Source of the DNA: Octopus bimaculoides
Taxonomy: Eukaryota
Direction: 5' to 3'
Assembly (NCBI RefSeq): GCF_001194135.2
Contig: NC_068986.1
Location: 65,940,648-66,004,647, forward strand
DNA: 64,000 nucleotides
The notes below the pieces were generated by a model. The model was not told the origin of the DNA, ran no database searches, and worked only from the letters and a program-made list of their open reading frames with translations. Position 1 is the stretch's first letter; each line of letters begins with the position of its first letter. Positions 61,846-64,000 of the stretch are shown one piece after another. The translations under genes and the position numbers were made by a program.

Positions 61846-62810
61846 CTGGCTAACAGAGAAATCTAATTTATTATAGATAACAATCTGTCACTCATTATTT
61901 ATTATATGTATTTCTTTTCATGTAAAACTAAATTGTTTTTGTTTCATTCTTGCCAGAATTAGTCATTTAGAAAATTATTGTTTTCGTCATAACAGCATTG
62001 ATTTTGTACTGGTAATGGTGGTGGTTATTGTGACTGTTGTTGTTGTTAGTCGTCGTCGTGGAGATGATAGTGAAAGTGTCAGAAGCCATTGTAATAGTTG
62101 TCGTGGTATGATGTAACTTGAGGAATGTTAGCTGCTTCTCCCTCCCCCAGAATGAGTAAAACCTTGTTAATGATTCGTTATCAGAAGTGTTTAAACAGAA
62201 ATTATATCAGTGGAATCCACCCCATAACGTTACAGGTGCTTCTTTACTTGCCACTTTAATTGTGATTTCTATCGATTAGACATTAATTTTACTCATTAAT
62301 AGAACTATTTAGTCAACTGTATAGACCTTAACATATTACAGGTATATATTGATCCAGAATAAAAGATGTGGTTTCTCTCTAGGTCCCGGTTTTTTCTTCA
62401 GGATTAATATGTCAAAGCGATATCATTTGTTGTCCCGGCGCCCCTATGCCTTCAACAGGAATTGTGGGCCCAAGACAAAAATGTAGCTAATTTTGCCAAG
62501 CTTTCAATAGAGCCTCGATGCTGCTTAATCTGTTTGAAATAATAGTCAAATCTGATTTAAATCACATCCTTCCATCGTATCGAAGAAGATACAGTAGGTC
62601 TGAATAATTAATTAAGAATTGAACTCATATAAAATTTCATATTTATGAGATGAATCAGATTATGACGTACATGTGTTTACACTAATATTAATGATGATTA
62701 AGACAGAGAAAAGGCTTCAACAGGGTCGAAATCAACTCTCAGACTTTCGTTGATTTAAAAGAATTCCAAATCAAAATTTAATGTGAAATAAAAAGCAAAA
62801 ACATTGGTGC

Positions 62811-62915
62811 CTCCCCGGCGAGGAATCTAACCTCGGTCTCCCTCGTGACAGGCGAGGAATCTAACCTTGGTTTCCCTCGTGACAGGCTGGGATACTTACA
62901 CTATTCTACCGAGGA
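62811..62915 (-). pseudogene. tRNA-Asp: tRNA-Asp(GTC) pseudogene with a 34-bp internal tandem duplication
   Basis: Acceptor TCCTCGG/CCGGGGA intact; duplicated units at 62819-62852 and 62853-62886; T-loop GTTAGA; T5 run ~10 nt downstream. Confidence 0.9.
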
Positions 62916-63068
62916 ACGACCGCCAGGAACATCAATTTTATCTGTTTTCATTATATTATCTACTTCAGTCAATTGTTAACTTTTTCTGTTTGTTGTCTAT
63001 CCACATCTAATAGCTATAAGTATGTCAACATAGGCAGAGAGGAGTGTGCTTCATATTAAATGGATATA

Positions 63069-63513
63069 AGGCGTAGGCATGGCTGTGTGGTAAGAAGTTT
63101 ACCTCCCAACAACATGGTCCTGGGTTCAGTCCTACTACGTGGCATGTTGGGCAAGTGTCTTCTACAATAGCCTCAGATCGACCAAAACCTTGTGAGTGGA
63201 TTTAGTAGGTGGAAACTGAAAGACGTTCATCATATATATCTGTGTGAGTGTGTACGTGTGTGTGTATGCGTATGTGTGTGTGTGTGGTGATAACGAACAC
63301 AGTCATTGTGTCGGTGTTTGTCCCCACCACCACTTGACAACCGGTGTTGGTGTGTTTACGTCCCCGTAACTTAATGGTTCGGCGAAAGAGATCGATAGGA
63401 TAATTACAAGGCTTAAAAAAAAATAGAGGTCGATTCGTTCGACTAAAATCCTTGGAGGCGGTGCCCCGGCATGGCCACACTCTAATGACTGAAACAAATA
63501 AAAGATAAAAGAT
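63069..63513 (+). mobile_element. SINE A, full length
   Basis: AGGCGTAGGCATGGCTGTGTGGTAAGAAG...GGCGGTGCCCCGGCATGGCC...(AAAGAT)n. Confidence 0.95.
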
Positions 63514-64000
63514 TCGGTAGGGTTTCCCTGTGGTGGTGAAAATCTTACTGTACTCAACATGAGCTATACAATTAATAGAAGGAAAAAAACTCTCTAGAAT
63601 TGCTTAGAATTCATCTCATTACTCCAGTACAAAGTCACAATGTAATACAATTCAACACGGAATCGAAACAAGCTCTTTGGTTTAAGCTCAATGTTGTGGG
63701 TTTATAAAAGACTGAAACATAAACTAAGAGATTTACGTGTGAAAAAGCACGGCTTTCCCGATGTAGCAGGTGGTGATACTAACTGCAGTACTGCCAGGCA
63801 GGGGTTAAATGCTATTTAATTATTAGGTGTTTCATTAAAGATTACAATTTCTGTTCATTGTAGATGTAAATTCTAAAACCTAATCTGTGGGAAAGAAAAC
63901 AGTTACCAATGAAATTTAAAACGTCCCCCAAAATTTGTTTTAAAAAAACTATAGTCAACAGATAAAACTCAGATTATAAAATTATCAAGTTTTCTCAATA

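Noticed and set aside
591-63560. Most ORFs in the supplied track (HT/CV/YI, poly-X and homopolymer ORFs)
   Set aside because: They are translations of microsatellites, N gaps or SINE antisense strands, with no protein-family motifs
1-64000. CRISPR arrays, rRNA genes, functional tRNA genes, intact transposases or RTs
   Set aside because: None seen; every TE ORF has stops or frameshifts, and both tRNA-Asp copies have disabling changes

Overview
AT-rich, microsatellite-dense eukaryotic DNA with about a dozen N gaps, most flanked by simple repeats. The SINE, MITE and Penelope content resembles coleoid cephalopod (probably Octopus) DNA; this is inferred from repeat content, not from a search. I found no credible host protein-coding gene, so this is intergenic or deep intronic sequence. 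Recognisable coding remnants are all decayed transposable elements: an R4/Dong-like and a HERO-like RLE LINE, RTE LINEs, CR1/L2-like LINEs, three or more Penelope-like elements (GIY-YIG), several mariners, a DD37D (maT) element, a Tigger/pogo N-terminus, and a Chapaev3 element nested in a Helitron. Three tRNA-head SINE families, two MITE types and two tRNA-Asp pseudogenes are also present. The most notable signal is a set of about nine full, partial or decayed minimal type I hammerhead-ribozyme motifs from six sequence families between 22.3 and 52.5 kb, all with a self-complementary stem III. One intact motif sits behind a tRNA-like head, and one lies in a 525-nt retrozyme-like direct repeat. 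Also notable are a ~900-bp fold-back palindrome, a tRNA-Asp with duplicated anticodon and T arms, a MITE carrying telomeric repeats, and a ~170-bp target-site-like duplication. All alignments, counts and folds were done by eye; most element boundaries are approximate.
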